From positions 169,278 to 233,277 of IMG/VR virus record IMGVR_UViG_3300042905_002309: DNA of 64,000 nt; one strand, 5' to 3'. Made by a program: the position numbers and the translations under genes. This document shows positions 32,737 through 41,813 of the stretch, piece by piece. Source of the DNA: a virus (taxonomy: Duplodnaviria; Heunggongvirae; Uroviricota; Caudoviricetes). Below the pieces are notes generated by a model. It was not told where the DNA came from. It saw nothing but the letters and a program-made list of their open reading frames with translations, and did not search any database. Position 1 is the stretch's first letter, and the number at the start of each line of letters is the position of its first letter.

Positions 32737-33072
32737 ATGAAGAAGCAGTATAAGAAATCTTGTAAAGAAGTATTGATTAAATATACTGAACAGGGTTCAG
32801 ATGCAATTAAACAGGTGATAGTTCACCACACTAGTAAGAGTAAGGCTATATTGGCATGGAAGAAAAGTAATCCCAATGCTCGATTAGTACCTATGCCATC
32901 AAGTGGTGAATATTCTGTAGAGGCTTATACTATAGTAAAATGTTGTAGAACGTGTAAACATTTTCAAGAATATTGCAATCTATATCCAGACTATCCTTCA
33001 AGAGGACAATGTTTAAAAACCACCAACATGATGTTATGGTTTAACGAATGTAAGGATTTTGAGGCTAAATGA
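32737..33072 (+). CDS. hypothetical Cys-containing protein
   Basis: 111-aa ORF starting at the predicted transcript 5' end. Confidence 0.6.
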   Translation: MKKQYKKSCKEVLIKYTEQGSDAIKQVIVHHTSKSKAILAWKKSNPNARLVPMPSSGEYSVEAYTIVKCCRTCKHFQEYCNLYPDYPSRGQCLKTTNMMLWFNECKDFEAK

Positions 33073-33206
33073 AACCATATAGTGATAAAATTAATCCTAA
33101 AGGTATGTCAGGTCGTAGGAAGTCAAAGAATACTGCACATCGTAGACGATCATTAAGAGTTGATAAGAAGTCAGCAAGACAGGCAGGAAAGAAAAATGAA
33201 TATTAA
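33069..33206 (+). CDS. small highly basic protein (45 aa)
   Basis: ATGA overlap with the upstream gene. R/K-rich. Confidence 0.35.
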   Translation: MKPYSDKINPKGMSGRRKSKNTAHRRRSLRVDKKSARQAGKKNEY

Positions 33207-33663
33207 TCTAAAATATCTAAGATACATTTTAATACATAAGTACTACGTTTTTAAAGCCTGTCTAAAATATGGATTGGTTTGGCGAGGGCTTGTACACGAT
33301 TTATCAAAATTGCGTCCATCAGAGTTTATACCTTATCGTGAATACTTTTATGGAGATTTAAGCAATACTGATGAATGTGCAACAAACTTTGATTATGCTT
33401 GGAAGTCTCACCAGAAATGTAATAAACATCATCCCCAATATTGGCTATTGAAGAATGATGATGGTAAGCTACGCCCCTTAGAAATGCCATTGGTATACCG
33501 TCAGGAGATGGTAGCAGATTGGAGAGGTGCAGGGATGGCTATCAATAGTAAGGATGAGGTTCTAGCGTGGTATACTAAAAATAGGTTGAAAATGATTATT
33601 GCGCCTGTTACCAGAGCATGGGTTGAAAATGAAATTGGATATAAAGAAGGAAAGGTAATATGA
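33196..33663 (+). CDS. hypothetical protein (HDLSK motif)
   Basis: ATG 33196 follows GGAAAG. Confidence 0.55.
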   Translation: MNINLKYLRYILIHKYYVFKACLKYGLVWRGLVHDLSKLRPSEFIPYREYFYGDLSNTDECATNFDYAWKSHQKCNKHHPQYWLLKNDDGKLRPLEMPLVYRQEMVADWRGAGMAINSKDEVLAWYTKNRLKMIIAPVTRAWVENEIGYKEGKVI

Positions 33664-34046
33664 AAACTATAAAGGGTTGGAAAGTAATTAGAGTAAAAGA
33701 TAGAAGGTCGGCAGTTACGACAATGGGTTGCACAGAGCAAGGAAAGTATATTTTACATTACCCTGTAGGTGTTACAGTTAAACCTAAAGTAGCGGGTACT
33801 AAGATATTATTTTTCAAAAAATTAGTACACGCCGAAATCTTTCGAGATATAAATAGTAAAGATTATAACGAACTTTTTATTGTTCCTTGTATTGCACAAG
33901 GGGCTTCAAAAATTAAAATAGTTTCTAATTTAATGCAAATTGATGATTTTTGGAAGCTTAAAAAATCCAAAAAAGGTGTTGGTTGCTTTAGTTGGATGGC
34001 TCCAAGTGGAACATATGGCGCAGATTCAATTAAATGTTTGAAATAA
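33660..34046 (+). CDS. hypothetical protein
   Basis: ATGA overlap with the upstream gene. Confidence 0.55.
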   Translation: MKTIKGWKVIRVKDRRSAVTTMGCTEQGKYILHYPVGVTVKPKVAGTKILFFKKLVHAEIFRDINSKDYNELFIVPCIAQGASKIKIVSNLMQIDDFWKLKKSKKGVGCFSWMAPSGTYGADSIKCLK

Positions 34047-34057
34047 ATTTGTTTAGG

Positions 34058-34087
34058 TTGTGGTATTGTTTTATCAGCTTGTAGACT
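34058..34087 (+). promoter_or_regulatory. weak promoter candidate (TTGTGG, N18, TAGACT)
   Basis: Read directly from sequence. Lies upstream of the GIY-YIG gene. Confidence 0.3.
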
Positions 34088-34112
34088 AAATAATTGTAGG
34101 AGTAATACAATT

Positions 34113-34808
34113 ATGTACATTTACAAGACAACTAACAAATTAAATGGTAAAATTTATATCGGACTTTCAAAGTTTGCGCCACAAGAAAATCCAGAGTATT
34201 TAGGTTCTGGTTATATCTTAAAGAAAGCTATTGAATGTTATGGTGCAGAGAATTTTGTAAAAGTTATTTTAGAAGAATGTTCTACACAGGAACAGCTATT
34301 AGAACGAGAAAGATACTGGATAGCCACATTAAAAGCTAATGACCGCAATGTGGGTTATAATATTTGTGAGGGTGGAACATGGGGTGACAATTGGACTAAT
34401 CATCCTAATAAAGAAGAATGGCGCAAAAAACTTAGTGAATCTAATCGTGGCAAGAAGAATGGTAATTATGGTAATCGATGGACTGATGAACAGAAAAGAA
34501 AAGCATCAGAAAGAGTAAAATTAAATCCTATAGGAATTGATCCTAAAACTGGTGAACACTATACAAAGAATCCTGAAACTAGAAAAAAATTATCAGATAC
34601 GAAATTAGGTTTAAATAATCCACACTCAAATTTATGGAAATTAGTATCGCCCATAGGTGAAATTTTTATAATAGAAGGTGGAATCAAAAAGAAAATTAAA
34701 GAATGTGGTTCAGACTATCAACAATTTAAACACGCTTTAATATTACCTGACGGTGGACGAAGAAATCTTAAAGGTTGGACACTATATAAATTAGAAAAAC
34801 CAATATAA
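34113..34808 (+). CDS. GIY-YIG homing endonuclease
   Basis: IYKTTNKLNGKIYIGLS...YLGSG...RERYWI plus NUMOD-like repeats (SESNRGKKNGNYG). Confidence 0.85.
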   Translation: MYIYKTTNKLNGKIYIGLSKFAPQENPEYLGSGYILKKAIECYGAENFVKVILEECSTQEQLLERERYWIATLKANDRNVGYNICEGGTWGDNWTNHPNKEEWRKKLSESNRGKKNGNYGNRWTDEQKRKASERVKLNPIGIDPKTGEHYTKNPETRKKLSDTKLGLNNPHSNLWKLVSPIGEIFIIEGGIKKKIKECGSDYQQFKHALILPDGGRRNLKGWTLYKLEKPI

Positions 34809-34811
34809 TTG

Positions 34812-34840
34812 TTGACAATAGCTACGAAATAATGTAGATT
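34812..34840 (+). promoter_or_regulatory. leaderless-type promoter (TTGACA 34812-34817, N17, TAGATT 34835-34840, ATTACAC, ATG 34848)
   Basis: Read directly from sequence. Same -10-to-ATG architecture as the promoters at 48830 and 37797. Confidence 0.65.
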
Positions 34841-34847
34841 ATTACAC

Positions 34848-36038
34848 ATGAAAGAGATTAAAGGACAATTTAATACTGCGAAGGTGTTTGCATCAACAGT
34901 CGAACCTTCTTGTGAAGCACAAATTTTAGAGTTATGTAATGAAGAATGGGTATATAACTCTAAAATACGCATTATGGCAGACTGTCATTCTGGTAAGGGA
35001 TGTGTTATTGGTACTACTATGACAATTATTGATAAAATTGTTCCTAATTTAACCGGGGTTGATATCGGATGTGGGGTTCTTGTGACTAAATTTGATACGC
35101 TTTCTTTAACCTTGGAACAGGTTGACTCAATTGTTAAGCGTAACATCCCTATGGGTATGAATTCTCGTCAGTCTATGGTGGTTGACTTTACTCCTGAATT
35201 GGATAAGGCTATCTGTAAGGAAGCTTTTGATCCTCGTCAGGTTTGTAAGTCCATTGGTTCGTTGGGTGGTGGAAACCACTTTATCGAAATTGATAAGGAC
35301 GATGAGGGTAATTTTTATTTAGTCGTACATACGGGTTCTCGTAACTTTGGTAAGCGTGTTGCTGAACATTACCAGAACAAGGCTGTTGATTATCATTCCA
35401 AGAAGGGTTTGAAGTCTACTCAAGAAATCATTAACGAGTTGAAAGCCAAGGGGTTACAACACATGATTCCTGCTGAATTGAAGAAACGTAATGCCGTGGC
35501 TAACGAAGCTTTGACCTATTTGGAAGGTGACTTGTTTGATTGTTACTTAAACGATATGCATATTGCTCAGAAGATGGCAAGTGAGAACCGTAAGGCTATT
35601 GCAGATATCTTGTGCCGTACAATGCATATTAAGCCTACTGAACAATTTGAAACGATTCATAACTACATTGATGTTCATGCTATGATTTTGCGTAAAGGTG
35701 CTATCTCTGCGAAAGCGGGTGAAGTGTGCTTAATTCCTATCAATATGCGTGATGGTTCGTTAATCTGTGTTGGTAAGGGTAACGAAGATTATAACTATTC
35801 TGCGCCTCATGGTGCAGGTCGTTTAATGTCTCGTAAACAGGCGAAGCGTGAATTGTCTTTGGAAGGGTTCAAGGATACGATGAAGGATATTTATTCATCT
35901 ACGGTGGGTGCGTCTACGTTGGACGAAGCACCTGATGCTTACAAGCCTATTGCTGAAATCTTGGAGAACATTCAGGATACGGTTACGGTGTTGAAGCAGA
36001 TCAAGCCTATTTACAATGTGAAAGCGGAAGAGGAATAA
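34848..36038 (+). CDS. rtcB: RtcB RNA 3'-phosphate/2',3'-cyclic-phosphate ligase
   Basis: GVDIGCG, GGGNHFIE, HTGSRNFG and SAPHGAGR motifs. Confidence 0.92.
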   Translation: MKEIKGQFNTAKVFASTVEPSCEAQILELCNEEWVYNSKIRIMADCHSGKGCVIGTTMTIIDKIVPNLTGVDIGCGVLVTKFDTLSLTLEQVDSIVKRNIPMGMNSRQSMVVDFTPELDKAICKEAFDPRQVCKSIGSLGGGNHFIEIDKDDEGNFYLVVHTGSRNFGKRVAEHYQNKAVDYHSKKGLKSTQEIINELKAKGLQHMIPAELKKRNAVANEALTYLEGDLFDCYLNDMHIAQKMASENRKAIADILCRTMHIKPTEQFETIHNYIDVHAMILRKGAISAKAGEVCLIPINMRDGSLICVGKGNEDYNYSAPHGAGRLMSRKQAKRELSLEGFKDTMKDIYSSTVGASTLDEAPDAYKPIAEILENIQDTVTVLKQIKPIYNVKAEEE

Positions 36039-36041
36039 ATA

Positions 36042-36164
36042 ATGAAGGTACTACTATGTCTAGTTTGTATTACATTTATTACTGGATGTTCGACATACAA
36101 TAATAGAAAATACATACCAGAAGCGGGTAGTACCGAATTATTTCCAACCCATAGGATAAATTAA
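36042..36164 (+). CDS. small lipoprotein (40 aa)
   Basis: Signal peptide plus lipobox ITGC. Confidence 0.45.
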   Translation: MKVLLCLVCITFITGCSTYNNRKYIPEAGSTELFPTHRIN

Positions 36165-36165
36165 A

Positions 36166-36393
36166 ATGAACGAAGATATTAAACCATTACCATGTCCCTT
36201 TTGTGGCGAGATTCTTACATTTCAAATTGATGAAATGGGTGGGGTGTGGTACGAACATAGTGATCGCAATCCTTATACTGTCTTTACATATAAGACAAAC
36301 TATAATGAAGCAAAGCGTTGTGTGTTGTCACATTTTACCTTAGATGGTGATCCAAAAGCTATTAAACAATGGAATGATCGAATAAAGGATTAA
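36166..36393 (+). CDS. Lar-family-like zinc-ribbon protein
   Basis: PCPFCGE ... AIKQWNDR pattern. Confidence 0.45.
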   Translation: MNEDIKPLPCPFCGEILTFQIDEMGGVWYEHSDRNPYTVFTYKTNYNEAKRCVLSHFTLDGDPKAIKQWNDRIKD

Positions 36394-36394
36394 T

Positions 36395-36973
36395 ATGGAC
36401 ATTCGCAAAGTTAGTAAAATATTGTGTTTAAGTTTACGACATAAACCAGAACTTTTGAAATTGAATATGGATTCCGAAGGTTGGGTTGATGTCAATGAAT
36501 TAATCCGCAGATACAATAATTACTATAAGCCTGACACTTACCTTAATAGGAATTTTCTTGATAAGGTGGTTGAAGAGAACAATAAGAAGCGTTTCGCCTA
36601 TAGTGATGATGGTACAAAGATTCGTGCCTCTCAGGGACATTCGATTAATATTAATTTGAATCTTCCTGAGAGTGTTCCAGAAGATATTTTATATCATGGA
36701 ACAGCTAAACGTTTTCTTAATGGTATCATGAAAGAAGGTTTGAAGAAAATGGAGCGTCAACACGTTCATTTATCTGACAATCTTAAAACAGCTTATTCAG
36801 TAGGTTCACGACATGGAGAACCTATTATTCTTATGGTACATGCGGGTGTAATGCATAAGAATGGGTTTAAGTTTTACAAATCCGAGAATGGGGTATGGTT
36901 GACTGATAATGTTCCGAAACAATATCTTGACTTTGCACCAATAATTGCGTATACTACTGGCTACGGTAAATAA
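36395..36973 (+). CDS. kptA: RNA 2'-phosphotransferase Tpt1/KptA
   Basis: LSLRHKPE...GWV...SQGHS...LYHGT...HVHLS motifs. Confidence 0.88.
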   Translation: MDIRKVSKILCLSLRHKPELLKLNMDSEGWVDVNELIRRYNNYYKPDTYLNRNFLDKVVEENNKKRFAYSDDGTKIRASQGHSININLNLPESVPEDILYHGTAKRFLNGIMKEGLKKMERQHVHLSDNLKTAYSVGSRHGEPIILMVHAGVMHKNGFKFYKSENGVWLTDNVPKQYLDFAPIIAYTTGYGK

Positions 36974-36983
36974 AGGATAAATT

Positions 36984-37217
36984 ATGGGATATGATTTTAC
37001 AATAGAGAAGTATTACAAAGTTAAAAAGGAAGGTCGCTATCCTGCACCATGTCCTAGAGATAAAAACGACACTTGGTTGTTATTTGATGATGATATTTTG
37101 ACTAAAAATGAAGATGGTACGTTTGCGTGTCAAACAGGTATATGCAGAATTGGCATTATCCTTAAAGATGATGAAATTGAATATTTTGAGAAACCAGTTA
37201 GATTACGTATCGGGTAA
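36984..37217 (+). CDS. hypothetical protein
   Basis: SD AAAGGA upstream. Confidence 0.55.
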   Translation: MGYDFTIEKYYKVKKEGRYPAPCPRDKNDTWLLFDDDILTKNEDGTFACQTGICRIGIILKDDEIEYFEKPVRLRIG

Positions 37218-37225
37218 GGCTTAAT

Positions 37226-37564
37226 ATGAATAACTTTGAAAAACTAGCTAAGAAATCACATGAAGATGCAGTTAAATTTTGGTCGAGTGTCCCTTGGCAT
37301 TTGACTAATCAAGAAATTGAACAGGTAATCAATCGACCTTACAACACTATTGCTATGTATCGTAAAAATTATGCTTCACATACACTTGGTGTTAGGAAGA
37401 GTTGGAAACCAAAGGTTCTAAAGCTTATCAAAGGTGACTTAAATTACATTGTAGCTAAGAATTTTGTAGAACAAGCGAGTGCTAGAGTTGCGGGATATGC
37501 TTTAGGCAAACAATTGAAACAGTCTCGTAAACCTAGTTTAATCTATCTCAAATTAAAGGATTAA
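37226..37564 (+). CDS. hypothetical protein
   Basis: SD TAAGG upstream. Confidence 0.55.
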   Translation: MNNFEKLAKKSHEDAVKFWSSVPWHLTNQEIEQVINRPYNTIAMYRKNYASHTLGVRKSWKPKVLKLIKGDLNYIVAKNFVEQASARVAGYALGKQLKQSRKPSLIYLKLKD

Positions 37565-37565
37565 T

Positions 37566-37793
37566 ATGGATTTTGACACACTACGAAATGATATTGATGA
37601 AATGAATAATAGAATTATGGCAGAACTTGATGCAGAGATATCAGATTTTGTTGAATGGTATAGGTTAGTTGAAAGAATTGGTAAGATCGTTGGTCTTCCT
37701 TCATCAAAATTCCCAAAGGGTAATGAGCATATTGTCGAGAAGATTCAAGAGTTGGTGGATGCCAAAAATCGTTATACTGATGATGGAAAATAA
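37566..37793 (+). CDS. hypothetical protein
   Basis: AGGATTAATATG coupling junction. Confidence 0.55.
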   Translation: MDFDTLRNDIDEMNNRIMAELDAEISDFVEWYRLVERIGKIVGLPSSKFPKGNEHIVEKIQELVDAKNRYTDDGK

Positions 37794-37796
37794 TTA

Positions 37797-37825
37797 TTGA
37801 CTAATACAATTAAACAATGTAGTCT
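37797..37825 (+). promoter_or_regulatory. leaderless-type promoter (TTGACT 37797-37802, N17, TAGTCT 37820-37825, ATTAAAC, ATG 37833)
   Basis: Read directly from sequence. The track TTG start codon is actually the -35 box. Confidence 0.6.
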
Positions 37826-37832
37826 ATTAAAC

Positions 37833-38960
37833 ATGAATAAAACATATCCAATTATTTACAAAAGAACTAAAACGTCAGCAATTCAGACATGGCAGATCAT
37901 AGTCGAGGGTAACACTTATTATACCGTAGATGGTCAAATAGACGGTGTTAAGAGCAAATCTGCGCCTACTGTGTGTAAGGGTAAGAACATTGGCAAGGCT
38001 AATGAGACTTCCGATGAACAACAGGCTATTGCAGAGGCAGAAGCTAAAATTGAAAAGAAGCTTAAAACAGGCTATAGTGAAGATATTGCAAATATCGATA
38101 CCTGTCTAAAGTATTTTGAGCCACAACTTGCTGAAAAGTATATTGAATTTAAGGATAGTGTTGTATTCCCCATCTTGGCAAGTCGTAAGATCGATGGTGC
38201 AAGAATGGTGAATACAGCTACAGCTATTACCACTCGTAAGGGTGAAGATTATCTAAGCTGTCCACATATTCAGAAGGCACTTAAACCCTTCTTTGCCAAG
38301 CATCCTAAAGGTGTGGTTGATGGTGAAATTTATTCACACGGTCAATTCTTTGAGAAGATCATGAGTCTTGTGCGTAAGAAGAAACCAACACAAGCTGAAA
38401 TTGATGAAAGTGAGAAGCTTTGTAAATTGTGGATTTTCGATGGTATTGTAGACGATTCAAAGGAAGGTTTTGCAAAGCGTTTTTCAGACCTTAAACGAGA
38501 ATTGAAGGCTACTATTGATTCTAAAACACTTGAAAAGTATTTTGTGTTTGTAGAGAATGTAGTAATCAACAGTCATGAAGCGTTTGAAGCTGAACATGAT
38601 AAGTATGCGGGTGAAGGATTTGAAGGTGCAATTCTTCGTTATGCCAATGCTCCGTATTACAATAAGCGTAGTAAGTATCTTTTGAAGTATAAGCATTTCA
38701 TTGATGAAGAGTTTGTGATTGTTGATTTTCTTGAAGGTACTGGTTCTGATGCAGGGTTGGCTAGTAAGATCGTAGTCCGTTTGAAAGATGGTTCAACGTC
38801 AGAAGCGGGTATCCGTGGTGATACTGCATACGTCACTCAGTTGTTGAAGGATCGTAAGCATTACATTGGCAAAAAGGCAACAGTTCGTTATCAGAATTTC
38901 ACCAAGTATGGTAAGTTACATTTTGGTGTAGCGGTTAATATTGATCGATTTGATATATGA
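37833..38960 (+). CDS. ATP-dependent DNA ligase
   Basis: Motif I KIDGARM, motif IV EGAILR, motif V LLKYK. Confidence 0.85.
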   Translation: MNKTYPIIYKRTKTSAIQTWQIIVEGNTYYTVDGQIDGVKSKSAPTVCKGKNIGKANETSDEQQAIAEAEAKIEKKLKTGYSEDIANIDTCLKYFEPQLAEKYIEFKDSVVFPILASRKIDGARMVNTATAITTRKGEDYLSCPHIQKALKPFFAKHPKGVVDGEIYSHGQFFEKIMSLVRKKKPTQAEIDESEKLCKLWIFDGIVDDSKEGFAKRFSDLKRELKATIDSKTLEKYFVFVENVVINSHEAFEAEHDKYAGEGFEGAILRYANAPYYNKRSKYLLKYKHFIDEEFVIVDFLEGTGSDAGLASKIVVRLKDGSTSEAGIRGDTAYVTQLLKDRKHYIGKKATVRYQNFTKYGKLHFGVAVNIDRFDI

Positions 38961-39217
38961 GAAACCTACAGTCAGTTGATTTGAAATTAGGTGAGTTCTA
39001 CGATGTATCTTATTATAATGGTAAGATTATTAAAACCAGAATGATTAAGGTTACACGTAAAGGATTCAACCTTTTAAATTTATTGACAAATCGATGTTTA
39101 TTGCACCGACACTTATACATGACAGGAATGGGTGACAAAGAATTTACTAAGAAGGGGGAAATTTCTGGTAAGTTTCTCGTTCACAAATTTATTACTGTAC
39201 ATCCTGTAAAAGTATGA
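38957..39217 (+). CDS. hypothetical protein
   Basis: ATGA overlap with the upstream gene. Confidence 0.55.
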   Translation: MRNLQSVDLKLGEFYDVSYYNGKIIKTRMIKVTRKGFNLLNLLTNRCLLHRHLYMTGMGDKEFTKKGEISGKFLVHKFITVHPVKV

Positions 39218-39246
39218 TATGATTATACGAAATAAAGGAGATTCAG

Positions 39247-40281
39247 ATGAACTTAACAAGCATAGAAACATTAAAAGCCAATTATGATGTTACAGAATTT
39301 AAAGAATATGTAATACCGATTCCAGAAAAGCCTACCAAAGGTTTAGTTTTAATTGTGGGTAATAGTGGTAGTGGTAAGTCTACTATCATTAAGAAGTGGT
39401 TTCCTGATGTCGAACCTATCGCCTTCGATAATAAAGTTAGCGTTATTGAGAATTTCAAAACACTTGAAAATGGTGAAAAACTATTGAAGTCGTTTGGGTT
39501 ACGTTCCATTCCAACGTGGTTTCGCCCTTTTAGCACTCTTTCAAATGGTGAGGCACATCGAGCCTACTGTGCAAAGTGTATTGACTCTGGAATAAATTTT
39601 ATTGATGAATTTACATCTGTTGTAGATCGTGATACTGCGAAATCCTTATCAGCTTCTATTAAAAATTGGTATAAAGATGGGTTATTAGTTTTAGCAACTT
39701 GCCACCATGACGTTGAGGAATGGCTATGTCCTGACGTTATATATGACGCTGATAGGCAAGAGTTCAGAGAAAGAAGGTATCTTTGGCGACCAAAAATCAA
39801 ACTTGACATTTATCCATCCACAGTCAAAGATTGGATTTTATTCAAAAAGCATCATTATCTAAGTGGTGACTTAGCTTCATCCTGTCATTGTTATACTGCT
39901 TACATCGGAGAAAAGCCTGTTGGTTTTGTTGGGGTGATACACGGTACTGGTAGAGATATTAAAAGCTATTGGAGAGAAAGCCGAATTGTCGTGTTACCTG
40001 AGTTTCAAGGTTTAGGTATTGGTAAGACGCTTAGTGATGCTATTGCACAGGAATATAAAGATCGAGGGTTAAGATATTTCTCTAAAACAGCGCATCCTGT
40101 ACTAGGCAATTATCGAAATGCTTCTAAATTGTGGAGAGGCACTAGTACTAATGGTAAAGCTAGACCGTCTTATATTAAAAAGGATGGTCAAGCAAGAACA
40201 CATAAAGGATTTGGCACTACAAAGGAATCACTTTTAAGAGATTCAGTACGTGTTTGTTTTTCACATGAATATATGGGGTAA
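39247..40281 (+). CDS. ABC-type ATPase domain fused to a GNAT acetyltransferase domain
   Basis: Walker A GNSGSGKST, signature-like LSNGEAHR, Walker B FIDEF, H-loop CHHD. C-terminal GNAT motif VLPEFQGLGIGKTL. Confidence 0.65.
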   Translation: MNLTSIETLKANYDVTEFKEYVIPIPEKPTKGLVLIVGNSGSGKSTIIKKWFPDVEPIAFDNKVSVIENFKTLENGEKLLKSFGLRSIPTWFRPFSTLSNGEAHRAYCAKCIDSGINFIDEFTSVVDRDTAKSLSASIKNWYKDGLLVLATCHHDVEEWLCPDVIYDADRQEFRERRYLWRPKIKLDIYPSTVKDWILFKKHHYLSGDLASSCHCYTAYIGEKPVGFVGVIHGTGRDIKSYWRESRIVVLPEFQGLGIGKTLSDAIAQEYKDRGLRYFSKTAHPVLGNYRNASKLWRGTSTNGKARPSYIKKDGQARTHKGFGTTKESLLRDSVRVCFSHEYMG

Positions 40282-40300
40282 ACTCCATTAGAAAGTTAAT

Positions 40301-41041
40301 ATGAAAGAAGTAAAAATAGTAGCAACTAGCGATATACATGGGGAACTTGAATTCAAGATTCCTTCTGGTGATATTTTGACTATTAGTGGTGATATCTGTC
40401 CTGTTAATGGCTCACATAATCCGACTAATCAGATGTATTGGCTTAAAAACCATTTCCTACCTTGGACTGACCAGTTAATTAAGAATAAAGTGGTTAAGCA
40501 TGTTGTCTTTATTGCGGGGAACCATGATTTCGTCTTTAAAAAGGTTACTACTAATACTACAGGTGATTTCTATATGTCGTTACCTGATAATGTACATTTT
40601 CTAAACGATTCTGGCGTTGAACTTGAAGGTGTTAAAATCTATGGTACACCGTGGACACCGACCTTTGGTAATTGGGCGTTTATGACTTGTGAGGAAGCTT
40701 TGGATAATATTTATTCTAAGATTCCAGAAGGTTTGGATATACTTTTATCTCATGGCCCTGCTTATGGTTGGAATGATGTAATCTTAAAAGGCCCGTATAA
40801 AAGTTATTCCAGAGAAGATGAACATATCGGTTCAAAATCTTTGAGAAAACACATACTTAGAGCTAAACCTAAACATTTTTGTTATGGTCACATACATGAG
40901 TGTTCACATACTCCGTTAATTATTCCACATATTAACGAAAATATTGAACGGGTATCAGAAACTACTAGTAATTGTGTTTCTTTGCTTAATGATGATTATG
41001 AGATTGAATATCCAACATATCAATTTAATCTTGTAAAATAG
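40301..41041 (+). CDS. calcineurin-like metallophosphoesterase
   Basis: SDIHG, GDI, GNHD, HGP and GHIH motifs. Confidence 0.75.
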   Translation: MKEVKIVATSDIHGELEFKIPSGDILTISGDICPVNGSHNPTNQMYWLKNHFLPWTDQLIKNKVVKHVVFIAGNHDFVFKKVTTNTTGDFYMSLPDNVHFLNDSGVELEGVKIYGTPWTPTFGNWAFMTCEEALDNIYSKIPEGLDILLSHGPAYGWNDVILKGPYKSYSREDEHIGSKSLRKHILRAKPKHFCYGHIHECSHTPLIIPHINENIERVSETTSNCVSLLNDDYEIEYPTYQFNLVK

Positions 41042-41093
41042 GTTTGTACATATCATTATACGATGAAAAAATTACAGGAGAAAGTGTATAAAA

Positions 41094-41582
41094 ATGAAAG
41101 AAATTAGATACGAAACTAATATACATACATTAAAATTTGATGTACCTAGTATTTTTCTAGCGGGTGTGACTGTTAGAGGAAATCAAACCCACTTGACTTC
41201 ATGGCGTTTTGAAGCTATTGAATTATTCAAGTCTAAAGGATTTGATGGCAATTTAATCATTCCTGAATTTATTGATAAGACTGAATCTGATAAGTATCGC
41301 TATGATTTACCAGTGTGGGAAAATTGTGGACTTTCGAATTCACATGTGATAATGTTTTGGATACCACGAACAAGAGAATTAATTGGACTTACGACTAATT
41401 TTGAAATGGGTTATTGGATGGCTCGACATCGTAGAAAACTTGTCTACGGTAGACCTGATGATTCATTTCGACATAATTATAATGATATCATGTGGGTGGA
41501 AGATGCTCAACGAGTTGGTGCGTCATGTCCAATTTATAACACTTTGGAGAAGACGGTTGATGCCTCTTTAAAACATTTATGA
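41094..41582 (+). CDS. nucleoside 2-deoxyribosyltransferase-like protein (paralog of 57408-57881)
   Basis: IFLAG...WR.EA....GF.G....PE...FWIPR...GLTTN.E.G motifs are shared with the second copy. Confidence 0.5.
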   Translation: MKEIRYETNIHTLKFDVPSIFLAGVTVRGNQTHLTSWRFEAIELFKSKGFDGNLIIPEFIDKTESDKYRYDLPVWENCGLSNSHVIMFWIPRTRELIGLTTNFEMGYWMARHRRKLVYGRPDDSFRHNYNDIMWVEDAQRVGASCPIYNTLEKTVDASLKHL

Positions 41583-41812
41583 ATAACCATATTAAAACTT
41601 GTCCATATTGTCAAGGTGATGGCGTTGTGACTAAAGATTGGGAAGATATTGAAGTCGGTGATGTAGTTATTTGGAAAGGTTATGGTAACACTCCATCTTA
41701 TATAGTAACTGCTATCGAATCAAGAATCCCCATACATAGTTGGATTGTTGAACATGATGGTGATAAGTTTGAAATGTATGAAGCTAATTTTGGTGGCTTT
41801 GTAAAGGATTAA
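41579..41812 (+). CDS. hypothetical protein (CPYCQG)
   Basis: ATGA overlap with the upstream gene. Confidence 0.55.
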   Translation: MNNHIKTCPYCQGDGVVTKDWEDIEVGDVVIWKGYGNTPSYIVTAIESRIPIHSWIVEHDGDKFEMYEANFGGFVKD

Positions 41813-41813
41813 T

